This document shows positions 35,959 to 45,679 of a stretch of 64,000 nt of DNA, one piece after another; position 1 is the stretch's first letter, and each line of letters opens with the position of its first letter. A model generated the notes under the pieces. That model ran no database searches, was not told the origin of the DNA, and saw only the letters and a program-made list of their open reading frames with translations. Made by a program: the position numbers and the translations under genes. Source of the DNA: Acinetobacter phage SH-Ab 15599; sequence record MH517022.1; one strand, 5' to 3'.

Positions 35959-38766
35959 TTACCATCCACCCCGTATATAGGAGTTTTCATTGTAGTACTG
36001 AGATGATGTGATCAAGCTGCCATTCTTCTTGATAACAAGAGTTCCGGAACCAGATTTGATATTACCGTATGTTCCAGCCGCCGTATTAGAACCAGAACCT
36101 GTTGCAACAGAACCCGATAGACCTGCATCACCACCTTTACCACCGTTGAATACAGTAGTTACAGAAGTGCCTGGGTCAGTATAAGAATATGAACCGCCAT
36201 CTCCACCGATTGTTCTAGTTGCAACAACACCATTGTAATCGCCTGTACCAGCTGCACCTGTAGAAGCGCCACCGCCCCCGCCAATGTTCTTTCCATTAAC
36301 AGCTACACCGCCGCCGCCGCCGCCGCCTGATGCAATGATACAATCGGAGGTAGAGATGTTCAAGTTCAGAGTAAGACCAGAACCTACTTCAATACATGGC
36401 CCACCGTTTGCTCCTACTTGAGAAAGACCAGGAGATGCACCCTTACCACCTTTACCTACAACGCCGCCAGTACTGTTCCAGAAAATGTTCATTTCTGTAC
36501 CAGCTAACCAGTTAACATTTCTCAGAGCAGCGCCCAGAGTAGAAGACGCTGTGAACCAACACTCTCCAGTAATGTACAAGTTACAAATCCAAGCAACGTC
36601 TTGAGTGCCAAATTGGGCTTCAAACAACGACTTGAGATCAACATCTGTAAGGTTTGAACCAGAGAGATACATATTCATCACAGGTGTCAAAGAGGTATCT
36701 TTCACCAGTAATTGTTTGTTTGAATCTCCTACAACTTGAGATGTAGTTTGGTTGACCCATTCCATCAATAACAATTCATCTCCTTCAGTCTTCTTATCAG
36801 CAATGATTTCAATCTTTTGAGCAAGAATCATATTGCCTGTATATTGTTTAGCGACCATTGTACTGTTAGTGATATCAACATCTTGTCCTTCTACGATTTC
36901 ACCTGTTGTAGATACTGATTTAATTGTAGGTTTGAAATAGGTATTGATAAGCGTTCCAGACGGTACTCTTAGGATCAAATAAACTGTTTTACCTTCATCA
37001 GATTGAGTGATGATATCCGTCCCATTTGGATTAGTTGAATACCAAGTTTCAGCCTTCCAAGCAGTGTCAATAATGATGAGAGCAGTAGATGTAACAACAG
37101 CACCTAAACGTCTCACTTCAAGAGTGATTGTTTCTGTACCTTCATATGGTTTAGTTGGATCAGCCTCTAATGTAACAGGTACAATAATCAAGTTATTGTT
37201 AATGTTTCTTGGAGTACCAAATTCAACAATGTTACTGATATCCGAGTCACTTGAACTGGTAAATGTGAATTCAGTACCATTTGCTACATATTTTGTTTCA
37301 AGAACCAAATAAACAGTATCGCCTTCATTAGCTTGGGTAATGGTATTTGATCCATCTGCATAGCGAGAGACTCTTGATGCATACTCCGGAGGGCCAGATA
37401 CATCAATAACATCTATTTCTTTGAAAGTATTAGATGCTGACAAAGTGAAACGTAACTTCTCAGTTGCTTCAGGTAAAAAGTCTTGTACAATAGGAATATC
37501 TACAATACCGTTGCCACTTCTGATTTCTACATTCCCAGATAATGGGATACCAATATCGGATTGCGATACTTGAGTGATGTTATATGCCAATAAAGAACCG
37601 TCTGCATTTTGAGGGGCGTTAACAATAACGCGTAGCATTTGTCCTTCACTGACAGTTGTAGATTCAATAAACGCAGAACCCTGTAATATACCCATCTGTA
37701 AAGAATATGTCATTTCTTCTGATGAAGAGTATGATTCCATGATTGTCCAGTTGATCTTCCCTGTCCAGTTACCACCAGAATCATTTTTAGCAACAAGTCC
37801 AAATGATCCATTAGCCCGATTTGTTACTTCAACGCCTCCGCAGACAGCTGAGATTTTCTCTGGAGTAGTCAGAATTACAAATCTTTCTCTTGAGAGATCA
37901 ATGCCTGGAACGGATACATCAAATGGGGATGTAGGACTGAATGTAGTCACTGCGCTCCCAGCTGCTACAACCTTCGGATAAATCTTAGTTGTATAGATTT
38001 GAGTCCAGAACCCATAAGCGCCGTTGACCTTAGAACGGAAATACATCTCATTTTCTTCTGAGATGAACATTTGCGCTCCCATTGAGGCGTTATATGTTCC
38101 TGCAATTGTTTGACAAACGCCTTTACCATTCGCATTAGGTCTAGAGCCAGGAGTAGCTGGATTACAATAAACGATAGATGAGAATGAAATTGAGTTCAAG
38201 TCTACATTGACCCCAGCTGCATCATCTTTCACTTCAACGCTGTTAACATACCCGTATTTGCGTTGTACAACGGTACGCTCAAACAAATTGTAATTTGTTG
38301 ACGGCGATAAACGACCTTGAGTACTGAGACCAGTAATTTCAACAGATGCTGCATCATAAACTGTGCTGATAGCAGTCATGGTCAGAATGATACCTACTGA
38401 AGTGGTACCAATCTTTTGCGCCAATGATAATTCTTTAAATTTGAATAAAGATGGATCTTCATTCAGAACGCTAATGATATTCACACTGTTATCGATAGCC
38501 GCGCCCGTATTTCTACCTTGACCACTAACTGCTACGACAAGATTGAAACGCTTTCTGTTCATAGAGAAATCAATAATGTAGAATCCATTAATCAATTCCC
38601 CCTCGTCAATCAATACGTTGTATTCCCCGTCCTTTCTTGTAACAACAATAGGAGAGGGAGTTGTATCAATCGTCATGTTTTTGTCAAAAGACATATATCC
38701 CAACCCAGAAATATTCGGGGCTTGAATACCCTGAGGGAACTGGGTTGCTACATTATTATCAGACAT
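35959..38766 (-). CDS. Tail-fibre-like protein with a glycine-rich C-terminus, paralog 1
   Basis: 935 aa. Collinear with the 810-aa protein (CQTIAG..MYFRS.., DIGIPLSGN.EI.S.NG.VD.P.V.D). C-terminal poly-Gly blocks (GGGGGGG). Confidence 0.55.
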   Translation of the reverse strand: MSDNNVATQFPQGIQAPNISGLGYMSFDKNMTIDTTPSPIVVTRKDGEYNVLIDEGELINGFYIIDFSMNRKRFNLVVAVSGQGRNTGAAIDNSVNIISVLNEDPSLFKFKELSLAQKIGTTSVGIILTMTAISTVYDAASVEITGLSTQGRLSPSTNYNLFERTVVQRKYGYVNSVEVKDDAAGVNVDLNSISFSSIVYCNPATPGSRPNANGKGVCQTIAGTYNASMGAQMFISEENEMYFRSKVNGAYGFWTQIYTTKIYPKVVAAGSAVTTFSPTSPFDVSVPGIDLSRERFVILTTPEKISAVCGGVEVTNRANGSFGLVAKNDSGGNWTGKINWTIMESYSSSEEMTYSLQMGILQGSAFIESTTVSEGQMLRVIVNAPQNADGSLLAYNITQVSQSDIGIPLSGNVEIRSGNGIVDIPIVQDFLPEATEKLRFTLSASNTFKEIDVIDVSGPPEYASRVSRYADGSNTITQANEGDTVYLVLETKYVANGTEFTFTSSSDSDISNIVEFGTPRNINNNLIIVPVTLEADPTKPYEGTETITLEVRRLGAVVTSTALIIIDTAWKAETWYSTNPNGTDIITQSDEGKTVYLILRVPSGTLINTYFKPTIKSVSTTGEIVEGQDVDITNSTMVAKQYTGNMILAQKIEIIADKKTEGDELLLMEWVNQTTSQVVGDSNKQLLVKDTSLTPVMNMYLSGSNLTDVDLKSLFEAQFGTQDVAWICNLYITGECWFTASSTLGAALRNVNWLAGTEMNIFWNSTGGVVGKGGKGASPGLSQVGANGGPCIEVGSGLTLNLNISTSDCIIASGGGGGGGVAVNGKNIGGGGGASTGAAGTGDYNGVVATRTIGGDGGSYSYTDPGTSVTTVFNGGKGGDAGLSGSVATGSGSNTAAGTYGNIKSGSGTLVIKKNGSLITSSQYYNENSYIRGGW

Positions 38767-38804
38767 TAGTCAAATCCTCTGCTTCATACGTTATTTATGT
38801 TATA

Positions 38805-39206
38805 TCACACTTTCAACGCATAATACTTGTATCCTATTACTTTATCAGCATAGTTGACGTGTTGTATCTGAATGATTACATTACCAAACCAATTTGATGG
38901 TATTGAGAACAACCAAATACATTCACTGCCATTTACAAATTTGATTTCAGTCAATTCCATACGAGCTGTTGATTCAGTACCCACGGGTTGAATAAAGGCT
39001 CTTAATGTATCTCCGTTCACCAATCCACTAAAAGATTTCAATGAAATGGTATGTTGAGTTGATTTTTTAATATCATTGACCTCAACATTATTCAACTTCA
39101 CCATTGGGACAACAGTAGAGGCTCTGGTCACTCTTGACACTTGAGCCATACCCGTTTTGAGAGGGTTGTTGTTATGTTTTACTGTAGCAACTACTGTAGC
39201 AGCCAT
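38805..39206 (-). CDS. Small protein between the fibre paralogs (candidate chaperone or adhesin accessory)
   Basis: ATG at 39206 with RBS GGGAGATAAAC. 133 aa. Confidence 0.4.
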   Translation of the reverse strand: MAATVVATVKHNNNPLKTGMAQVSRVTRASTVVPMVKLNNVEVNDIKKSTQHTISLKSFSGLVNGDTLRAFIQPVGTESTARMELTEIKFVNGSECIWLFSIPSNWFGNVIIQIQHVNYADKVIGYKYYALKV

Positions 39207-39208
39207 GT

Positions 39209-41641
39209 TTATCTCCCAGAAATCCAACCAGAATAGTTTCTGATATCTACATTATGTTCATTTGTTTCAATAATTTTACCCTTCAAACCGCCCTTGCCTG
39301 GAGCTAAAGCAACATACCAAGTACCAGTATAGTTGAATATTCCGTCACTGCCGTCGGCTCCAATGTCGCCGCCATTGCCTGGTTTCATAGGGCGCATAGT
39401 TGGGTCATACTGTTGAGGAGCCGTTGTAGCGTTCCCTACTGGTCCAACGTCTGTTTGAACTTCTTGTCCAGACGGGTATCGTCTATAAACTTTATCATTT
39501 TTGGAATAGGCTGAAAAGTCGTAAGCATCAGTCCAGATCGGCCAAGACTGTAGATCGGGAGAAATTAGAGTTTGAGGCGTGTACATCATTTTAGGCGTAA
39601 TTCCATAAGGAGCGCCGCCGCTTCCAGCTACAATAGGGTGCCAAGCGTTTCGGTTACTCATTTCAGTACTTGCGCCCACACCAGAAGCGCCACCTCCGCC
39701 GCCGCCTCCAGCTACAACTCCATAGTTCTCAAAGATCAAGAAATTGTTATTTGATCCAGATATACAACTCCCGCCATCCTCTCCATTAAAGTTTGTTGTA
39801 TTCAAAGGGGATATTGCATATCCACCTTGACCACCTCTGCCCCAGACAGAACCAAAGTTTACATACTTGATCTTTGACCCATAAGGGAAATCTCCAACAG
39901 TGATAGCTGAGATGGCAGTAGACGATGCTACAACAACCGTTCCATAGTTTTGAGTAAACTTGATGTTCACAGGGTTGGTTACATCTACGCCCTTTGACTT
40001 AGCAAAATTGTAAAGATTCAAATCAACCATATCTGTAGAAATGTTAATAACAATTTCATTTACAACTGGTTGGTTAAACAACAACGGATAATAAAAGCGC
40101 CCGTTATTATCCAGTGAAACATCTATCTCATTGGGAACGGAGTTGATAAGAGAGGATGCAAAGTCGGAACCTTCAAAGGAAAGTCTATATGTTTGCTGAG
40201 GGTCATAAACAATACCCACGACCTGAACATATAATACAAATCCATCTTTCAGATCAGTGACAGGCATATTACCTTGGATATCAGAAGAGAAATATACATT
40301 AAATTCAGGTGCAATTGAAGTATCTTGAATTATCATAGAAGCTGACACGCCAGAACCATTTTGTAATGTTAGGGTCATTGTTTCTTGACCTTCTGGTGTC
40401 ATATCTTTGATTACTGGAACATCTATTACACCAGAGGAGTTCATGATAGTGAAATTACCAGATAATGGGATACCAATATCGGTCTCTGTAACGCCAGTAA
40501 TCAAAAATGGAATCAGCGTACCGTTAGGGACATTCAAAGTCGAAAGAACGAATCTTACAGTTTGCCCCTCCTCAACCGAAGTAACTGGAGTTGTATCTGA
40601 CCCATCTAAGCGTCCAGCATACATATTATATCTTGGCGCGTTAGAAGGAGCGTAAGCCTCTGATATGTTATAATTGATTACGCCCGCCCAAGCTGTCTTC
40701 AAAACAATATCAAAGAATCCATAACCTCTATCAGCAATCTGAGGAGTTGGAGATAGATCAATGTTATCATATTGGGTAGACATATTGATAACATAAGCTT
40801 CGTTGGTAAGATCAATGTTGCCTACGCTTATTCTGATCAATTGGGTTCCAGTACCAGCTGCTACAAATTGAATACCACTTTTGACCAGTTTAGGATATTT
40901 GTCATCACTTAATGCTTCCTCCCAACTTGTACCCGTTGATCTGAAATACATCTTTCTGTTTTCTGAGACAAATATCTGATTGACCTTATCGCCAAAGGCA
41001 AAGGTCATACAAACGCCAACCCCGTTGAAATCTGGTCTAGAATTAACAGAAGCTGGTTGACATAAATTGATGGAGTTTTCTTTGATATTATTCAAATCAA
41101 CATTTGTAATGTCATCAACTCTTAGAATATTCTTTGGATTAATGATAGAGGCGTCAATATTATTAGTGTAATTGTTATAATTGAGATTTGGAGAGACTTC
41201 TATCTGTGAACCAATATGAACAATTGAGCAACTTAATGGGCCGTGAGTTCCAGCGCCGTTGGTTCCAATTTTCAATAACAAACCTACATCTGTTGATGCA
41301 TTAGCTCTTAAATCAACATCTTTGAGATAAATTGGGCCTGGGTTTGAGATGCTCAAGATGTTGAGTGTGTTACTACCTGAATCAGCTGATTGTCTTCCAT
41401 TAGCTGAAGCCAGGATCATGAGTTTTTCATTATCTGGGTTAGTGAATGTAATGAAATACAGACCACTTATGGTTTGTTTTGAGTCTACAACAAATAAATA
41501 TTCATCGCCATTAACAGGAATATTAGCAACATCCTTTCTTGAGCTGCCAAAATTTCTAGAGAATTTCAATCCATCGATACCAATGAGGCTTTTTGCTCCA
41601 ACTCCTCTAGGGTAGATGGATGGTAATTTCACGTCAGCCAT
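39209..41641 (-). CDS. Tail-fibre-like protein with a glycine-rich C-terminus, paralog 2
   Basis: 810 aa. Collinear with the 935-aa protein. C-terminal GGGGGGGASG and GGQGG blocks. Confidence 0.55.
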   Translation of the reverse strand: MADVKLPSIYPRGVGAKSLIGIDGLKFSRNFGSSRKDVANIPVNGDEYLFVVDSKQTISGLYFITFTNPDNEKLMILASANGRQSADSGSNTLNILSISNPGPIYLKDVDLRANASTDVGLLLKIGTNGAGTHGPLSCSIVHIGSQIEVSPNLNYNNYTNNIDASIINPKNILRVDDITNVDLNNIKENSINLCQPASVNSRPDFNGVGVCMTFAFGDKVNQIFVSENRKMYFRSTGTSWEEALSDDKYPKLVKSGIQFVAAGTGTQLIRISVGNIDLTNEAYVINMSTQYDNIDLSPTPQIADRGYGFFDIVLKTAWAGVINYNISEAYAPSNAPRYNMYAGRLDGSDTTPVTSVEEGQTVRFVLSTLNVPNGTLIPFLITGVTETDIGIPLSGNFTIMNSSGVIDVPVIKDMTPEGQETMTLTLQNGSGVSASMIIQDTSIAPEFNVYFSSDIQGNMPVTDLKDGFVLYVQVVGIVYDPQQTYRLSFEGSDFASSLINSVPNEIDVSLDNNGRFYYPLLFNQPVVNEIVINISTDMVDLNLYNFAKSKGVDVTNPVNIKFTQNYGTVVVASSTAISAITVGDFPYGSKIKYVNFGSVWGRGGQGGYAISPLNTTNFNGEDGGSCISGSNNNFLIFENYGVVAGGGGGGGASGVGASTEMSNRNAWHPIVAGSGGAPYGITPKMMYTPQTLISPDLQSWPIWTDAYDFSAYSKNDKVYRRYPSGQEVQTDVGPVGNATTAPQQYDPTMRPMKPGNGGDIGADGSDGIFNYTGTWYVALAPGKGGLKGKIIETNEHNVDIRNYSGWISGR

Positions 41642-41662
41642 TTCTTTATCTCAATAATTGCC

Positions 41663-41670
41663 AATTTATA
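41663..41670 (-). promoter_or_regulatory. T4-type late promoter-like box TATAAATT
   Basis: Minus-strand sequence AGTATAAATTGG about 25 nt upstream of the 810-aa gene ATG (T4 late consensus TATAAATA). Confidence 0.4.
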
Positions 41671-41727
41671 CTTTATTTACAAAACATTCAAGATTGTAAA
41701 TAATACTGAGCAAGAGAGGAAATCAAC

Positions 41728-42114
41728 ATGACTCCTAAGAACCATCTTACATTGGAATGTCACTACGGCACCAATCTGACAACTACGGTGACAGGTATTG
41801 ATCCAGAGACGTCATTAACGTACCGTTTTGATCAGTTCACAGATATTCAAATGCACATTTCAGTATCTGCAATTGACCCTCCATACAAAATCGTACCCCT
41901 AGAATTTGATCAGGGCGATCCTAGACAATTGGTTGTGGAGGTATTAGAGACGCAATTGATGAACTCAGATGTAGTGTCATCAATGGTATTAGTGAATCCA
42001 CCGCCTTACTTTGTATTTTCAATAATTGGAAAGAAAGACGGCGTTAACAAGGTGTTGTTTGATGGTATAATCAATTATACCAGATTTGGAGCTATGAAGT
42101 TCTCACGACTTTGA
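41728..42114 (+). CDS. Hypothetical protein on the opposite strand inside the structural block
   Basis: 128 aa, RBS GAGAGGAAATCAAC-ATG, no competing minus ORF. 3' end converges with gp25. Confidence 0.45.
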   Translation: MTPKNHLTLECHYGTNLTTTVTGIDPETSLTYRFDQFTDIQMHISVSAIDPPYKIVPLEFDQGDPRQLVVEVLETQLMNSDVVSSMVLVNPPPYFVFSIIGKKDGVNKVLFDGIINYTRFGAMKFSRL

Positions 42115-42463
42115 TGAAATCAGTAGAGGCATCAAGTTCATTCTCATACAGATAAATGATACGTATGGTCAGCTGATGCCTCTCAATACTCTCAAACAAT
42201 ACATCTTTCACTGTAATTCTAGGTTCATCAATCCTAGCAATTTCTTCAATCCGACTCTTCACTTGATTTCTTATAAGAGCATTATCATTCTGGAACAGAG
42301 TGTTGTAAACTTCCCCGCCATGAATATCAGTTCTCATAATAAAATCTGTGATGCTAGACAATACAAGTGTCTTAAATGATTGAAAAACTGCTCGCTTTCC
42401 AGTGAGTAAGAACAAATCCTGAGTCTCTGGATGGGATAAAAATCTAGGGTCAAAATCGGCCAT
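42092..42463 (-). CDS. 25: Baseplate wedge protein gp25 (GPW/TssE family)
   Basis: 123 aa. Size and sequence pattern fit GPW/gp25. Directly followed by the spike genes. Confidence 0.55.
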   Translation of the reverse strand: MADFDPRFLSHPETQDLFLLTGKRAVFQSFKTLVLSSITDFIMRTDIHGGEVYNTLFQNDNALIRNQVKSRIEEIARIDEPRITVKDVLFESIERHQLTIRIIYLYENELDASTDFIKVVRTS

Positions 42464-42473
42464 TTTAGATACC

Positions 42474-43934
42474 TCAAGGACTAGGCGTAGGTGTTACGGG
42501 CGCACCCAAAGGGAATATTTTGTTTCCAACGCCCAAATACACTGAGTCATTATGAATGAACATCCCAGAGTATGTTGTTGGCATAGAATTCAAAGTTGGA
42601 ACAATCATACCAGCTGCAACATTGATTGGTGAGTTGAAAGATACCTCTCCAGCTGTACCTCCACTACCACCTTCCCCTCCACTTGGAGGTTGAACGTTGA
42701 TTGCTCCAGAAAGACCTGCTAATGCCGCTCCAGCTGCACTGCCTGGGGCTAATGCGTTTGCGACCTTAGCAAGTTCTGATGAAGCTGCGTTCAACTGAGC
42801 AATAGGGGCTTTACAAGTCAACTCTTGAGTATCAATACTCTTGGCATCAACAGGTTGAGCAAATGCTGCCGGAGAGTTGACTTGAAGGTCTTTAGATTCA
42901 ATAGTCATATTGTCGTTAGACATGACCTTTTGTCCAGTTTTCTCATAAGACTGACCTTCAACAATTTCAGCTTGGTCTTCCTTTTGAAGCTTTTGGACTG
43001 ACCCATTAGCCAACAAAAATAGGTCTTTATGCGCTTTGATTACAATATCTCCATCTGCGTGCATCTCAATATATGAGCCACTCATATGAAATATCATAAT
43101 GCGTTCAACCCCAGGGGTATCGTCAATCTCAATACAGTGACCAGACGGAGATTGATACACCTTATTATGAGGATATTGCGGGGCTGCTCTACTTCTTGGT
43201 TCAGTTACACCTGAAGAACGAGAATTTGGGGTCGGTGAATCAGTAGAAGTACCAGACTCAGGGACAGCTTCATCCAAATCCTCAACTTCCTTTCCCGTGA
43301 GGACACTCAAAGCGCGTTTGTACATTGTAGTACGTTCTTCAAAATGGAGACTTGCTGCGTTGATTCGCTTAACAACAACAGCCCAGTTACCAGCATCGGC
43401 TTGTCTATTCAGAGATTTGTTACCCCAGAACCAACAAGCGGAAAGAGCCGCGTTTTGTTTCTGTTGTAAAGACTCTGGATTGTTTACAGCCCCAGAACTC
43501 GGTTCACTGCGTTGGAAATCGGCATAGTTCCCTCTGCCCGTCAATTGGATGATACCTTGTCCTCGATATCTCCAACCGTCTCCAGACGCTTCATTGCCAT
43601 TACCAATCTTGTTAGCATAGACGTAGTTTGCAATCTTTTGAGGGTTGCGAGCATATGCATTAGCCTGAGCTGAGGTTTTGAACTTGCTAGGGAATACTTC
43701 CATCAAACGTTCAGCTGAATAATTGAGGTTCTCAACCAGTCTGCTAAAGTTACTTGATTCAACAGAAACATTTCCAAAGAACATTGCAATACGATACAAC
43801 TTTACAATCTGATACTTTTGCATTGAAGGCCAGAGTGCAGCATGCCAACCAGCTGCATTACTCGCACTCAAACCAAATATCTTCTGAACATGTTCTACAG
43901 TGAGAACAATATCCTTATTTTCTAATTCAGCCAT
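42474..43934 (-). CDS. Spike-associated protein: N-terminal GH19-like glycoside hydrolase domain plus C-terminal Gly/Ala-rich beta-helix-like tail
   Basis: 486 aa. YANKIGNGNEASGDGWRYRGQGIIQLTGRGNY resembles the GH19 chitinase/lysozyme catalytic motif. C-terminus has GGEGGSGG and a V/G-rich tail. Confidence 0.55.
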   Translation of the reverse strand: MAELENKDIVLTVEHVQKIFGLSASNAAGWHAALWPSMQKYQIVKLYRIAMFFGNVSVESSNFSRLVENLNYSAERLMEVFPSKFKTSAQANAYARNPQKIANYVYANKIGNGNEASGDGWRYRGQGIIQLTGRGNYADFQRSEPSSGAVNNPESLQQKQNAALSACWFWGNKSLNRQADAGNWAVVVKRINAASLHFEERTTMYKRALSVLTGKEVEDLDEAVPESGTSTDSPTPNSRSSGVTEPRSRAAPQYPHNKVYQSPSGHCIEIDDTPGVERIMIFHMSGSYIEMHADGDIVIKAHKDLFLLANGSVQKLQKEDQAEIVEGQSYEKTGQKVMSNDNMTIESKDLQVNSPAAFAQPVDAKSIDTQELTCKAPIAQLNAASSELAKVANALAPGSAAGAALAGLSGAINVQPPSGGEGGSGGTAGEVSFNSPINVAAGMIVPTLNSMPTTYSGMFIHNDSVYLGVGNKIFPLGAPVTPTPSP

Positions 43935-43935
43935 G

Positions 43936-44883
43936 TTATTTCGCCTTTAAATTAGCAACATCTGGAAAGACTGCTGCAATGAGACTTGATCTAGCAAAGG
44001 TTGTTCTTGTAACTTCCCCGCCATTCTGTTTGTTCTTAGCCGATTGGTTACCACCCACAGCATGTATACGCCCATCTTTTTCATATTCACAGAAAAATAC
44101 GTGACCAGAAGATGCGCCCCTGTTACCCGCAATTACACAAATACTGCCTGGCGGAATAGGCTTCTGATTAAGAGTTGATTTACCGTATCTTGTATAAGAA
44201 CGGGCTGCAGCTGAGCCAGATCCTTTGATACCAACCTTTTGTAAACACCAACCCACAAAGGATGCACACCATGGAGTCTCTCCTCCCCATTTAGATGAAC
44301 CACCGCCTTTGGCGTGATACTCTCTAATTTGAGCAGGGTTATCTCTTTCATCAACACCCAATTGAGAAATAGCTACAGCCAACCAAGGATAGTTTTTCAA
44401 CTCCTCTGGACTAATCTGCGTATCATTTGGATTGTTAGCGCCGTCAATGTCACCAGAAATGGCATTTGCGTCTTTCTGAGCATATACATCTGATGAAGTT
44501 ACAATACCACGGGCCAAGGGGTTGACGTCATGGTCAGTACCATTTGGAAAGGGAACTGAAGGGTCAATGAGATTGTTACGCTGTCCGGCAATAGTGAATT
44601 GAACTTCCCATTCTTGAAAGTCATTTGATGACTTAGGTCTCAATCTGACCAAAGAACCTTCTAGAAGTCCTAGAGGGGCAGTTCCTAAACCACTTACAAA
44701 TGGATTTGTAGCTGGTACTGCTATAGTACACCAAGGTAATTTTTCTTTCGGGACCTCTGCTGGGTTCAAAGAATGAATACCAAAAATGCGAACTCTCACG
44801 CGTCCACACTCTTTTGGATCCATAAGGTCTTCAACAATCCCTATATGATCTCCACAATACAATGGTAATTCTTTTCTTGACAT
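43936..44883 (-). CDS. 5: gp5-like baseplate hub/spike N-terminal OB-fold domain fused to a CHAP (NlpC/P60-like) peptidase domain
   Basis: N-terminal GIVEDLMDP..GRVRVRIFGIH (gp5/gpV OB-fold). C-terminal PWCASFVGWCL...GHVFFCEYE (CHAP Cys/His). The ORF may instead start at TTG 44904. Confidence 0.6.
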   Translation of the reverse strand: MSRKELPLYCGDHIGIVEDLMDPKECGRVRVRIFGIHSLNPAEVPKEKLPWCTIAVPATNPFVSGLGTAPLGLLEGSLVRLRPKSSNDFQEWEVQFTIAGQRNNLIDPSVPFPNGTDHDVNPLARGIVTSSDVYAQKDANAISGDIDGANNPNDTQISPEELKNYPWLAVAISQLGVDERDNPAQIREYHAKGGGSSKWGGETPWCASFVGWCLQKVGIKGSGSAAARSYTRYGKSTLNQKPIPPGSICVIAGNRGASSGHVFFCEYEKDGRIHAVGGNQSAKNKQNGGEVTRTTFARSSLIAAVFPDVANLKAK

Positions 44884-44930
44884 AATAAATGCCCGATAAC
44901 ACAATATATTGAATATTTAGCTTCAGGCAT

Positions 44931-44952
44931 AAAGAAAGGGGCTTTCGCCCCT
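44931..44952 (-). terminator. Terminator (minus strand)
   Basis: GGGGCGAAAGCCCC then TTTCTTTAT on the minus strand. Confidence 0.5.
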
Positions 44953-44954
44953 GT

Positions 44955-45293
44955 TTAGATTTTAGACCAAGTCACTTCAAATTGATGAATTGTTTTGAGA
45001 TTACCGCAGGGAGAACCCTCATGTCCAATTATAGCGGTTTGTTTCTCTTCATCTACTTCTAAAACGCAACCTACAATCCCTTTGAATAATATACCTCTCT
45101 TTCTTAGCATGTCCCATAAAGGTATAGCGTAGATTGAGTTGTTCATATCAATACATTTTACGATAGTATCAAACTCAATTTCACCTGCTTTAGCATGGTC
45201 AGTTTCCAAACTTGTTACATTTACGTGGTAGCGATTTTTCTCATTATTTTCCATGACCTTCTCCTTAGAATAAATGTGGGCCAAATAGATCAA
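44955..45293 (-). CDS. Hypothetical protein
   Basis: 112-aa ORF. Confidence 0.4.
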   Translation of the reverse strand: MIYLAHIYSKEKVMENNEKNRYHVNVTSLETDHAKAGEIEFDTIVKCIDMNNSIYAIPLWDMLRKRGILFKGIVGCVLEVDEEKQTAIIGHEGSPCGNLKTIHQFEVTWSKI

Positions 45294-45594
45294 TTGAAAC
45301 TAGCATATGTTTATATTCATTAAGCATACGTTGGTCAAACGGGTAGTGACAAGCTTTGATATATTCAACTGCTTCAGAGAATGTAGGGAAATGTCTAGCA
45401 TCGCCGCCGTCACAAGCTTCTATACTTGAATCATTTACTTCAAACAAACCGCCAGCTGAATCAACAGCTTTATCAAAAGCGATATAGATCCAACGGTCGC
45501 CTTTAACATAGTTCATAGCAGGTAAACAGCTTAGTGATTCATCACGAGAATCAATGTAAACGTTTTCAGAAAGGTCTTTGCGAATGTTAGTCAT
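45265..45594 (-). CDS. Hypothetical protein
   Basis: 109-aa ORF. Confidence 0.4.
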   Translation of the reverse strand: MTNIRKDLSENVYIDSRDESLSCLPAMNYVKGDRWIYIAFDKAVDSAGGLFEVNDSSIEACDGGDARHFPTFSEAVEYIKACHYPFDQRMLNEYKHMLVSIDLFGPHLF

Positions 45595-45679
45595 ATTCTA
45601 CTCCGTTGAGTGATAGTATGTTTGATAGAGATATAATAACCGTTTTCAAGTTTCAAGTAAAGTGGTTTACTTGAAAATT

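Noticed and set aside
36290-36330. Repetitive GCC/GGC runs that could superficially resemble a repeat array
   Set aside because: They are in-frame poly-Gly codons inside a fibre gene, not a spacer-repeat CRISPR architecture. No CRISPR array was seen anywhere in the window.
45654-45673. Perfect hairpin CAAGTAAA-GTGG-TTTACTTG as a rho-independent terminator
   Set aside because: Neither strand has the required downstream U-tract in the direction of the flanking (minus) genes. It is more likely a regulatory or processing hairpin, so it is reported under the repeated-motif finding instead.
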